Assembly (NCBI GenBank): GCA_963664705.1
Contig: OY761556.1
Span: 6,560,001-6,624,000 of the forward strand
Direction: 5' to 3'
Origin: Acidobacteriota bacterium
GTDB taxonomy: Bacteria > Acidobacteriota > UBA6911
Length of the DNA: 64,000 nucleotides
This document shows, piece by piece, positions 49,701-57,901 of the stretch; the first letter of the stretch is position 1; each line of letters opens with the position of its first letter. The position numbers were made by a program, and so were the translations under genes. The notes beneath the pieces are model-generated. The model ran no database searches and was not told the origin of the DNA. It saw only the letters and a program-made list of their open reading frames with translations.

Positions 49701-51431
49701 CAATCGCTGTGTCTCGTGCTCACGCTTCTGGCCGTGCCGGTCTTCTACTCCATTTGGGAAGATATAGGTGCCAGGCTTCGATCAATTCGAGGCGCGCGAC
49801 GGGGAATCAAGCCGGTGACCAAGGCGGCCGCCGCGGCTCTGGGTATTATCCTTGCCGTATCGGTTTCGTTTGGACAATCACCGGAACCGTCATTCTCCCT
49901 GCAGCCCCTTCAGGATATCAAGCTGCCACCCCGGATCGGCATCCAGGGTGAGAGAAGTTTGAGCCTGAGAGATGTCATCGAGAGGGTGCTGGCGGGCGAT
50001 CCCGAACTGGAGATTTCCCGCATATCGCTGGATCAGTCGGTGCGCAGCGCCAATGGAGCGGAAGGATTCTTCAGCCCGGTGTTTGTCATCGACGGCTCGA
50101 GGTCGCGTACGGTCACGCCGATGGCTTCAATTATCGGCGGGTCCAGCAGCGGTAAGCTGACATCCACGGATTTTACGTTCACTCCCACGGTCAGCGGAAC
50201 TTCACCCTGGCTTGGGACAACCTATACGCTGAAATTCAGCGATTCCAAGCAGACCAATGACAGCAGTTTTACCACGCTGAATCCGCAATATCCTTCTTCG
50301 TTGAGCCTTACCTTCACGCAGCCGCTGCTGCGCGATTTGCGGATAGATGTGGGACGCCGGTCTCTTCTGGTGGCGAGGAAGAATCAATCCTTAAGCGCCG
50401 AAAGGCTGCGCCAGAAGGCGATCGAGAGAGTTACGCTGGCCGTGCAATATTACTGGGAGCTCGTGTACGCCCGCCAAAACCTGGATGTGCAGAACGAGGC
50501 TGTCCAACTGGCCATTCAACAGTATGAAAGCAACCGGCGGCAGGCAGAGCAGGGGATGCTGGCTCCGATCGAAGTCGTTGCTGCCCAGACACAGGTGGCG
50601 ACCTATCGACAGGCTCAGGCCTCGGCCAGGCAGACGCTGACGATTGCTGAAAATAACTTGAAGCAGATGATGGCGGATGGGTCGGAGGATGCGCTCTGGA
50701 ATCAGGCGTTCATTCCACAGACAGAACTTGCGCTCGATTTCAGCGCTCCCGCTCTGCAGGAAGCCGTGAAGGAGGCGCTGAATTCCAGGCCTGAACTTGC
50801 CGAAAGCGCAATCGGCCTGGCGATCAACAAGATCGATACCAAGTATTTCAAGGACCAGGCCAGGCCTCAAATAGACTTTTATGCGACTCTGACCGCAGCC
50901 GGCCTGGCCGGGACCCAACAGTCAACCATCCAGTTTGGGAACTTTCCGATCGGCAATGTGCCGGAGATTCTGGTTGGCTCCAACCGGCAATCGCTCTCGA
51001 ATATGTGGGGACGCGATTTCCCAACCATCAAAGCGGGAATCCAGATATCGCTGCCATTTTCGAACCGAACGGCCCGGGAGAATGCCACCGTGTCCATGCT
51101 GGAAGGCAAAAGGCTGCTGGTGGCAAAGAAACAGATGGAAATGTTTGTCGAGGCGGATGTGCGGAATGCGCTGGAACAGCTGAATGCTGCCCGCTCGAAA
51201 TCGGATGCGGCGAGGATTGCAGCTCGTGCGGCCCGGGAGCAGTACGAGAGCGAACAGCGCCAATTTCGGTCCGGGACATCGACGATGTTCCTTGTTCTTC
51301 AGCGGCAAACCAGCCTGATTGCCGCGCGCAGCAGCGAAGTTCGTGCCCGGGCGGATCTTGCGGAGGCGATTGCCAATGTGCAGCGAGCAACGGCGCAAAC
51401 GCTGGAATCGCATCAAATAAAACTGAAATAG
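46731..51431 (+). CDS. AcrB/MdtC-family RND permease fused to a C-terminal TolC-like domain
   Basis: IKRPVFA, GVVVDDAIIVLENI, GIVKKNAIL, RLRPILMTT; then a signal-like linker and OEP repeats (LSL.DVI..L, P.L.., EQRQFRSG.ST). No stop between the domains. Confidence 0.9.
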   Translation: MHALARLCIKRPVFATMLMLSFIVAGIFTYSSLGVDRMPNIDAPMVTVTTVNLGASPEEIETEITKKIEDAVNSINGLDEISSTSSEGMSIVRIEFDLSKSGIVAAEEVQNKINQIVNQLPSSAEVPVVSKMDPDAGAVLQIAVSAPRSTRDVTMIADKLIKQRLENCEGVGQVQIQGGAEREIHIVVNPERLRAYNLTVTDVFNALRTQNMEMPGGSVKTGARDLTIRTSGKIKDPVDFNNIAVASRNGYQVKVSDIGYAQDSTKEPTTAVRLDGVPAVQLAISKQSGTNTVEVVKAVKARLEQIKETLPKDIKIQVINDGSVFIEAAINGIRDHLLEGSLLAAIVLFFFLANWRTTVIAAIAIPVSIISSFSLMAIMHYTMNQITMLSLTLMVGVVVDDAIIVLENIYRYIEEKGMGPFEAAVHGTKEIGLAVLATTVSLLAVFLPVGFMGGMAGKFLSAFGFTCAGAVIISLLVSFTLTPMLCSRFVHPPAGNSGHKSKDSRFFRMLDTTYTRALVWSMGHRKIIVAGCLLVVLSIIPLFMMIGKNMVPRDDQSQFNISIRLPEGSSLAATTKYSEGVARTIRVLDGVTHTLTTIGGSSSGAINEASIYVKLVDIKDREMSSEDLATKARGMLRNHPPNIFLSVVAATGMGGGGPGMSDIQYYLQGPDLKKLGEYSDKLVAEAKKLPSVGDVDTSLRTGKPEVRLDIDRLKAADLGVSVQDIQQALNTLVAGQTASTFNAGDDQYDVVVRAENRFRGSLDGLDKLTVASTKNGSVGLNEVVRRSISSGPSSVKRLNRQRIVEITGNLMPGGSQSAAVSEFNRMIDNLNLGSDYKGGATGMTGEMNKIFYNFAIAFALAFIFMYIALAAQFESFIHPVTILITLPLAIPFGLFAMLITGQSINIFSGLGLLLLFGIVKKNAILQIDHTNGLRAAGMGRNEAIIQANRDRLRPILMTTLALVFGMVPLLLSRGAGSTTNHSIGVMVAGGQSLCLVLTLLAVPVFYSIWEDIGARLRSIRGARRGIKPVTKAAAAALGIILAVSVSFGQSPEPSFSLQPLQDIKLPPRIGIQGERSLSLRDVIERVLAGDPELEISRISLDQSVRSANGAEGFFSPVFVIDGSRSRTVTPMASIIGGSSSGKLTSTDFTFTPTVSGTSPWLGTTYTLKFSDSKQTNDSSFTTLNPQYPSSLSLTFTQPLLRDLRIDVGRRSLLVARKNQSLSAERLRQKAIERVTLAVQYYWELVYARQNLDVQNEAVQLAIQQYESNRRQAEQGMLAPIEVVAAQTQVATYRQAQASARQTLTIAENNLKQMMADGSEDALWNQAFIPQTELALDFSAPALQEAVKEALNSRPELAESAIGLAINKIDTKYFKDQARPQIDFYATLTAAGLAGTQQSTIQFGNFPIGNVPEILVGSNRQSLSNMWGRDFPTIKAGIQISLPFSNRTARENATVSMLEGKRLLVAKKQMEMFVEADVRNALEQLNAARSKSDAARIAARAAREQYESEQRQFRSGTSTMFLVLQRQTSLIAARSSEVRARADLAEAIANVQRATAQTLESHQIKLK

Positions 51432-51441
51432 GTTTTGCAAA

Positions 51442-51474
51442 CTGGGAGCGCCGACGTCTCACCGGCGCTCCCAG
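51442..51474. repeat. Family C REP-like hairpin, possible bidirectional terminator
   Basis: ctgggagcgccg / cggcgctcccag. Confidence 0.65.
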
Positions 51475-51481
51475 TTCAGTC

Positions 51482-51779
51482 GAGACTCAGTCTTGTTCCG
51501 GAACCCATTTGGTCAGATTGGTTTGAAAGAGCTTTCGATAACCGCGAAGACCTCGAAGACCGCAAAGAAAATATTTTTGCAGGCTTTGCGCTTATCGTTC
51601 TCGCAAGATCATAGGCTGGATTCCGTCCTTGATGCGTGGGACTTTCCAGCTAATTAAGAAGAGCAAAATGAGCCAAAAAAATCTTTGCGGTTTTCGCGGT
51701 TCAAAGATAAAAGCTAACTCCCCAAAGCCGTTGCTCCCGGCATTTTGAATGATGTGAGACTCACTCTTGTTCCGGAACC
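51482..51779. repeat. 24-bp direct repeats flanking a ~250-bp insert with inverted 9-mer repeats
   Basis: gagactca(g/c)tcttgttccggaacc at 51482 and 51756; internal accgcgaagacc..cgcaaaga / tctttgcggttttcgcggt. Confidence 0.7.
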
Positions 51780-52066
51780 ATGGTGATAGCTCCTTTGGGG
51801 CAGACGTGGGCGCAAAGCCCGCAGCCTTTGCAATACGTCAGATCGATCACCGCTTTTTGCGTATCCGGATCCTTCGTAATCGCCTGTTCCGGACACATCA
51901 GAATACATACTTCGCACCCTTCGCATGGATGGAGTGAAAGGCATCGGCGTGCTTCCGCCAACGCATCTTCCGGCGTCAGGGGCGGTGGCGGTTCGCTCTT
52001 GTTCCGCAATCGCCTGGGCTGAGATGCTGCGGATGGCGGCAATGGGCAGCGCGGACGCTTTTTCAT
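51761..52066 (-). CDS. 2x[4Fe-4S] ferredoxin (delta-subunit-like)
   Basis: CEGCEVCILMCPE..YCKGCGLCAHVCPKGAI. Confidence 0.9.
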   Translation of the reverse strand: MKKRPRCPLPPSAASQPRRLRNKSEPPPPLTPEDALAEARRCLSLHPCEGCEVCILMCPEQAITKDPDTQKAVIDLTYCKGCGLCAHVCPKGAITMVPEQE

Positions 52067-53406
52067 TGGAAAACCTCCCGCAGAATTCTATCCGCGCAGC
52101 CGATTCCGCCGGCGATGGCTTCGACCACTGTCGCAGGTCCTGTGACAATGTCTCCGGCCGTATAGATCCATTGGGCTGAAGAATTACTTTGATTGAAACT
52201 ATCGTTGCCGGTTTTCAGTGCCTCGCCCCATTTGGTGAGATTCCTTTCCTGGCCGAGGGCAAGAATCACCGTGCGAACGGGGACCGTTTTCTTTGTGCCA
52301 AAGAGTGGTGTAAAGATACGTCTCCCATCTTTACCTTCTCTTCCCGGGCTTGTTTCCTGGATCCGGATCTGCTGGACACCGTTTCGGGCATCCCCTTCGA
52401 AATCGACCGGCTGCCACCGGAAAACCAGTTCAACCCCTTCATCCGCAGCGGCGTCAATTTCCTCGGGATAGGCCAGCATGTCCGCCCGATCCCGTCGATA
52501 GAGCAGCACGACCTGGGCGGTCAGTCTTGCCGCCCAGCGGGCCGCATCCGTTGCTACATTCCCTCCGCCGATCACCATAACCGGAGGGTTTATCGAAAGA
52601 ACAGGGCCGAAGGCCATTTCCCGGAGAAAATCCAGGCCGGACCAGATGCCCGGCAGATCGCTGCCCGGGATCTCGGACTGCCTGGAGTCGGAGGCTCCAC
52701 AGGCGAGGATGACGGCGTCGTACTGTGCCTGCAGGGACTTCAACTCATTGGACGGAATGTAAGAATTAAGCTTCAGGACGACCCCGTGCTGCAGGATATA
52801 GGAAATATCCTCCTGCACTGCTTTGCGCGGCAGTCGAAACGGAGGAATTGCCCAGGTCAGCAATCCGCCAGGGGCCGGAGCGCTTTCGTAAACTGTGACT
52901 TGAACGCCGGACCGACTCAAAGCCCACGCGGCGGACAGCCCTGCCGGACCCGCTCCAATGACGGCAATCCGGCCCTTCGATGGACCCGAATATCGGCGGA
53001 CCTCCGGGCGTTTTGCCATCGATGCGAACCGCTTCAAATCGCGGATCGCCGGAGGGCGCTGGAATGAACCGGATATGCAGGCTTTTTCGCAGGGATGGTG
53101 GCAGACATATCCGAGGACCGCGGGAAATGGATTGTACCGCAAAATCCATGCGAGCGCGCCGTAAGGATCTCCGGCGGCGATGCGACTCAGATATCCTGGA
53201 ATATCCTGGCCGATCGGGCAGGCTTGTCTGCAGGGTGGTTGTGCCGGTTTTCCCGAGGACTGGCCCTGCTTTGTCACGCGTGCGCGAATAGTATCGGACT
53301 CAAAGGAAAGATCGGGGAAGACGCGCCCGGGACAGCCGTCCTGGCAAACGTGGCAGATGCCGCACAGTTCCGGATGAAGCTCTGGTCGCTGCGTTCGCCC
53401 TTTCAT
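52063..53406 (-). CDS. GltD/SudA-like FAD-dependent Fe-S oxidoreductase
   Basis: PPCRQACP, GYVCHHPCE, IGAGPAG, IGGGNVA.D, AGDIVTGP.TVVEAI; N-terminal CGICHVCQDGCP. Confidence 0.9.
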   Translation of the reverse strand: MKGRTQRPELHPELCGICHVCQDGCPGRVFPDLSFESDTIRARVTKQGQSSGKPAQPPCRQACPIGQDIPGYLSRIAAGDPYGALAWILRYNPFPAVLGYVCHHPCEKACISGSFQRPPAIRDLKRFASMAKRPEVRRYSGPSKGRIAVIGAGPAGLSAAWALSRSGVQVTVYESAPAPGGLLTWAIPPFRLPRKAVQEDISYILQHGVVLKLNSYIPSNELKSLQAQYDAVILACGASDSRQSEIPGSDLPGIWSGLDFLREMAFGPVLSINPPVMVIGGGNVATDAARWAARLTAQVVLLYRRDRADMLAYPEEIDAAADEGVELVFRWQPVDFEGDARNGVQQIRIQETSPGREGKDGRRIFTPLFGTKKTVPVRTVILALGQERNLTKWGEALKTGNDSFNQSNSSAQWIYTAGDIVTGPATVVEAIAGGIGCADRILREVFQ

Positions 53407-53999
53407 GGGTATTCCTGCGTCCCTGATGTGCGGCGGCGAGCCTGAAGGCCGGCTGCCGGCAATGACATTGTTCCCAGTTCGATTCCCAAATGAAGAGCTC
53501 TCAGGTTCAAGTCCGCGTAACGATCCGGGATATGCGTCCGGATGGCTTTCTCGAGTCCCTGCTTGCTGATCAGGCCCGTAAGGCTTGCGATTACCCCGGT
53601 CCAGGCTACATTCACAACCTGCGTGTCCTTCAACCGGTCCCTGCTGGCGGCGGTTAGGTTGAACGGAATCTCATCCCTTTTTCCCGTGCCGGGTACGACA
53701 AAGGCCGGATCGAAAAGAATGCGGCCTTCGGAGACGAGGCTGGCGCCATAGGCATCGTATCCCTCCTGGCTCATCGCGATCAGAAGACTTGCCCGCTCGA
53801 TGCGGGGATAATCGATGGGGCCGCGGGAAACCACAATGTCAGCCGCGCAAAGAGAGCCGCGCGACTGGGCTCCATAGGAACTGGATCCGGCGGCGTACAG
53901 TCCATCGCAAACGGCCGCATGCCCGAGAAGCAGTCCTGCCAGGACGACGCCTTGCCCTCCGAGACCAGCCAGTCGGATCGCTGCGGTGTTTTCATCCAT
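53403..53999 (-). CDS. 2-oxoacid:ferredoxin oxidoreductase gamma subunit
   Basis: IRLAGLGGQGVVLAG..YGAQSRG. Confidence 0.92.
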   Translation of the reverse strand: MDENTAAIRLAGLGGQGVVLAGLLLGHAAVCDGLYAAGSSSYGAQSRGSLCAADIVVSRGPIDYPRIERASLLIAMSQEGYDAYGASLVSEGRILFDPAFVVPGTGKRDEIPFNLTAASRDRLKDTQVVNVAWTGVIASLTGLISKQGLEKAIRTHIPDRYADLNLRALHLGIELGTMSLPAAGLQARRRTSGTQEYP

Positions 54000-54000
54000 T

Positions 54001-54750
54001 TCAAAATTCCCCCAGAACGATCCTGTCTTCTGGCAGCGGCAGGGACGCATCGATTTCAGATCGATCCGCGCATGCGGCGGAGAGGCTGTCAAACATGACC
54101 GCGGGAGTATCCTGCTGATTGCGTCTGCCGTATTGCGTCGGGCATGGACTCAGGACTTCCACAAAGGAGAATGACGGGGATGTAAGTGCGCGGCGAAGAT
54201 ATTCCATCAGCGCGTACGGGCGGACAATAGCGCCCCTCGCGACATAAGCCGCACCGGCCGCTTTTACCAGTCGGCACAGATCGAATGGCGGATATTCACA
54301 TCCATTGGGTGTCGTGGTGGTCAGGGAACCTTGAGGTGTTGTGGATGCAGCCTGTCCACCGGTCATTCCATAAATCATGTTGTTGGCGCAAACAACCGTC
54401 AGGTCATGGCCGCGCCGTGCCGCATGAATCAGATGATTCCCGCCGATCGATGCCAGATCCCCATCCCCCGAAATAACGACCACTTTCAGTTCCGGGTTGA
54501 CCAGTTTTGCTCCGGTTGCGAAAGGAATGGCTCGCCCGTGCAGCGCATGGAGAGTATCGGCTTTATAGTTCGGGTTTGGAATCCATGCCGCGCAGCCGAT
54601 TCCGGAGACGAAGAGCATGCGCTGCATGTCCAGTTGCATATCGTTAATAGTGCGAAGAAGAAGACCGAGCAGGATCCCGTGGCCGCAACCCGGGCAGAAT
54701 GGAGTGCTTTGCACCTCTTCACGCAAGTACTCTTCATAGGCGCGGACCAT
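54001..54750 (-). CDS. 2-oxoacid:ferredoxin oxidoreductase beta subunit (TPP-binding)
   Basis: FCPGCG, SGIGC, HGRA, GDGD..IGGNH, NN.IYGMTGGQ, SPCPT. Confidence 0.95.
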   Translation of the reverse strand: MVRAYEEYLREEVQSTPFCPGCGHGILLGLLLRTINDMQLDMQRMLFVSGIGCAAWIPNPNYKADTLHALHGRAIPFATGAKLVNPELKVVVISGDGDLASIGGNHLIHAARRGHDLTVVCANNMIYGMTGGQAASTTPQGSLTTTTPNGCEYPPFDLCRLVKAAGAAYVARGAIVRPYALMEYLRRALTSPSFSFVEVLSPCPTQYGRRNQQDTPAVMFDSLSAACADRSEIDASLPLPEDRIVLGEF

Positions 54751-55889
54751 CAGAAGGCCTCCTCGATGGCTGCAAGAATTGCGGATGGCGCAATGGTCTC
54801 GCCATTGACCTGCGTGAGTGAATCTACACGGCTTCCCGCGACCGCGGCCCGGACCAGCTCTGCCAGCTGTCCCATGTTCATCTCGGGAACAAGAAAGCGT
54901 CGGCCGGCATATTGTGCGAAGGCTGCCTTATTGAACGGCCAGAGAGTGATGGGACGAAGAAGACCCACGGGGAGTCCACGGGCGCGTGCCGATTTCACTG
55001 CCCGAAATGCAGCTCGGGCGGTAAAGCCGCACGCGATCACGATCAGCTCGGCCGATTCGGTCTCCCACTCCATCTGCCGGCAGATCTGCCCGGTTCGAGA
55101 TATCACCTTTTCATTCAGGCGCCGGACCAAACGGTCATGTACCCACGGATCTTCGACTTTGCGGAAGCCGCGGCCGTCATGCGTTGAGCCCGTGATCATG
55201 AGGTTTTCGCCTTGACCAAATCGCGGCATGGAGGGTACGCCGTCCGGTTCGGAAGAGCCGAAAGGCGAAGCTCCGGGAGAATAATCCCGGCTGAAGAGCT
55301 CCAGGCGTTCAGGCAGATCCACTCGTTCTCTCAAATGTCCGGTCGCCTCTTCGGCAAGGACAAAGCAGGGTACCCGCAGCCGTTCCGACCAGTTGAATGC
55401 TTCTACCGTGAGCGTGAACATCTCCTCAACGGACCAGGGGGAAAATGCGACAATCTGATAATCGCCATGGGAACCCCAGCGGGCGGCCATCAGATCGCCG
55501 CCGCCTGCTTTCGTCGCCTGTCCCGTCGCCGGCCCGGCGCGCTGCACGTCAATGACCACAAGAGGCGTTTCCGTGAAAGCCGCGTATCCCAGACTCTCCT
55601 GCATGAGGCTGAGCCCGGGGCCGCTGGTGGCGGTCATGCATTTCGCGCCGGCCCAGGAGGCTCCAATGACTGCCGAAATCGAGGCAATTTCGTCTTCCAT
55701 CTGGATAAAGCGACCGCCGGTCTCCGGCAGTTCCCGCGCAAGCTCCTCCATAATTTCCGAGGATGGAGTAATCGGATACCCGGCATAAAACCGGCAGCCG
55801 GCCGCGAGCGCACCAAGGGCAGCGGCTTCGTTGCCGGATAGATAGCGCGGACCCATTCCGACCGGCAGGGGTATCGTGGATTGCGGCAT
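54750..55889 (-). CDS. 2-oxoacid:ferredoxin oxidoreductase alpha subunit
   Basis: GNEA.A.G..YAGYPITPSSEI..QMEDEIAS..TATSGPG..QRAGP.TG. Confidence 0.95.
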   Translation of the reverse strand: MPQSTIPLPVGMGPRYLSGNEAAALGALAAGCRFYAGYPITPSSEIMEELARELPETGGRFIQMEDEIASISAVIGASWAGAKCMTATSGPGLSLMQESLGYAAFTETPLVVIDVQRAGPATGQATKAGGGDLMAARWGSHGDYQIVAFSPWSVEEMFTLTVEAFNWSERLRVPCFVLAEEATGHLRERVDLPERLELFSRDYSPGASPFGSSEPDGVPSMPRFGQGENLMITGSTHDGRGFRKVEDPWVHDRLVRRLNEKVISRTGQICRQMEWETESAELIVIACGFTARAAFRAVKSARARGLPVGLLRPITLWPFNKAAFAQYAGRRFLVPEMNMGQLAELVRAAVAGSRVDSLTQVNGETIAPSAILAAIEEAF

Positions 55890-56008
55890 ATCACGATTTA
55901 AGCCCTTTATGACGGAAAGATCAAGGTGAGGAATCACTCCGGCCGGCGGAGGATTCTATGACTGGATGCGAGGTAGCCCTCCGCAGATTCGCGGAATTGA
56001 GCAATCGG

Positions 56009-56602
56009 CTATCGCAGCAGCATTGCAGTAACGCCGGCAGAATAGGATTTGACGTCGTATCGTTCCGGCTCGGCCACGAGACGCAAGGCGCAGCCTTCGA
56101 TAAAGCTGGTGACCATATCGGCCAGGGCCTCCGCGGAAATTCCCGCATATCGTTCCCGGTGTTCGGCTACGACAGCGCGCGCCAGGGGCAGATAGGAATT
56201 GCGATATCGATTGAGCGCGGTGCGGATGCGTTTCCGGATGGCTTCGTCATGAGCGCTGGAAAACCAGTAATCAAAGAAAAGCTCAATGCGTTCGCGTTCT
56301 TCATGGAGCGCTTCGATGGCGCCCCTGACCTCCTCTGCCAGCCGTTCCAGGGCATTTGCTGTGACAACCCCCGGATCCACGGCTCTGCGCAGGATGGTCT
56401 CCGTCAGCAGCCAGTCGAGAAGCGCAAGGAGGAGTTCCTGCCGGTTGCGGAAGTGGAAGAACACCAGCCCGTTGCTGATACCGGCTTCGGCCGAGACCGC
56501 GCGGGTCGACAGGCCGGCGAGTCTATGTTGAAGTGCTACGCGGTAGGCCGCGTGCAGTATCTGCTCCCGTCGGCGGTCTTCCGGTATTTTCTTTCCAGGC
56601 AT
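56009..56602 (-). CDS. TetR family regulator (BetI-like)
   Basis: RREQIL.AA..LSTRAVSAEAGISNGLVFFHF.N..ELL; GGAGG RBS. Confidence 0.93.
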   Translation of the reverse strand: MPGKKIPEDRRREQILHAAYRVALQHRLAGLSTRAVSAEAGISNGLVFFHFRNRQELLLALLDWLLTETILRRAVDPGVVTANALERLAEEVRGAIEALHEERERIELFFDYWFSSAHDEAIRKRIRTALNRYRNSYLPLARAVVAEHRERYAGISAEALADMVTSFIEGCALRLVAEPERYDVKSYSAGVTAMLLR

Positions 56603-56611
56603 AAAACCTCC

Positions 56612-56670
56612 ATTGACCAAATGCTCAATATAATGTTATCTTATGCGCGTTGATTGAGCAAGTGCTCAAT
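56612..56670. promoter_or_regulatory. Two TetR operator palindromes in a divergent promoter
   Basis: attgaccaaatgctcaat (56612-56629) and attgagcaagtgctcaat (56653-56670; perfect 8-bp arms). Confidence 0.8.
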
Positions 56671-56695
56671 ATTAGAAATGAAGGGGGAGTGAAAA

Positions 56696-57901
56696 ATGGT
56701 TGCCCGAAATCGAATCGCTGTAGCCGCCACGATTCTTGCGCTGTGCGCGGTATCCTGCAGCCGGTCAGTGCCGGATAAAGCGGCACCAGGCAAAGACGCC
56801 GTGATCGCCGTGCGCGTTCAGAAACCCGATCGACTCAATCGGCCTTTGCTGGTTCCTGCCAGCGGCACGGTGGAGGCGGCACAAACGGTTGACCTCGCCT
56901 TCCAGATTCCCGGGCGCGTGGCGCAGGTGCGTGTCGAAGAGGGTCAGGTAGTTCGGAAGGGACAGCTTATTGCCGAACTCGACAGTGCGGACTACCAGTT
57001 TGGATTGAGGGCATCCGAAGGCCAGGCCGGGATTGCCCAGGCCGGCTTCGACAAGGCGCAGACTGGAACCCGCATGGAGGAGTTGGAGCAGGCGCGCGCC
57101 GGCTATGACCGGGCCGAGAATGAATATCAGCGCTATAAAAAACTATATGAGCGGAAGAGCATGGCGCCGGTCGACTTTGCCAAGGTGGAAGCTGCCTATC
57201 GGGCGGCAAAAGCGCAGTACGAAATGGCGCAGAACGGGGCTCGAACAGAGGACCGAGCGGCCGCGAGTTCTGCCGTCAAGCAAGCCCTGGCTCAAGTTGA
57301 CTCCAACCGGAAACGAATGGCCGATACTTCTCTCCTTTCCCCTATTGACGGCATCGTGGCGCGACGTGGCGTGGATCCGGGCGAGATGGTCAATGCCGGG
57401 TTGCCGGTTTTTGTGATTGTTAACCTCAATCCGGCGCGCGTCCGCGTGGGAATCCCGGAGACGGACATCGGACGTATTCGCATGGGGCAAGATGCCAGGA
57501 TTGCCGTCCCTGCGCTGGGCGGGATGGAATTCGCCGGCAAAGTCGACCTGGTTGGTGTTGCAGCCGATTCCAGTTCTCGAACCTTCACCGCCAAGATCGC
57601 GGTGCCGAACCGGAATCTCCAACTGAAGGCGGGCATGATTGCCGAAGCCAGCATTGAGGCCAGCGGAACCGTCCATATCGTCACTATTCCGGGGGAGGCG
57701 ATTGTGCATGATCCGCAGGGCAGCACGCTGGTATATGTCTATTTCCCCGACAAAAAGCGCGTATATGCCCATCGCGTCGAAACCGGTTTCGTGAAAGGTC
57801 CTGGCGTGGAGATCCGCTCGGGGCTGAGTGGCGATGAACTCATTGTTGTCGCAGGACAGCATCAGTTGCGTGAGGGATCTCTTGTCGAGGTGATGCCATG
57901 A
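56696..57901 (+). CDS. RND periplasmic adaptor (MFP) lipoprotein
   Basis: Lipobox-like AVSC, LAFQIPGRV, LLSPIDG, LKAGMIA. Confidence 0.93.
   Translation: MVARNRIAVAATILALCAVSCSRSVPDKAAPGKDAVIAVRVQKPDRLNRPLLVPASGTVEAAQTVDLAFQIPGRVAQVRVEEGQVVRKGQLIAELDSADYQFGLRASEGQAGIAQAGFDKAQTGTRMEELEQARAGYDRAENEYQRYKKLYERKSMAPVDFAKVEAAYRAAKAQYEMAQNGARTEDRAAASSAVKQALAQVDSNRKRMADTSLLSPIDGIVARRGVDPGEMVNAGLPVFVIVNLNPARVRVGIPETDIGRIRMGQDARIAVPALGGMEFAGKVDLVGVAADSSSRTFTAKIAVPNRNLQLKAGMIAEASIEASGTVHIVTIPGEAIVHDPQGSTLVYVYFPDKKRVYAHRVETGFVKGPGVEIRSGLSGDELIVVAGQHQLREGSLVEVMP

Noticed and set aside
52060-52070. TGA as selenocysteine joining the GltD-like gene to the ferredoxin
   Set aside because: The ferredoxin is in a different frame, with its own GGGAGG RBS and ATGA coupling.
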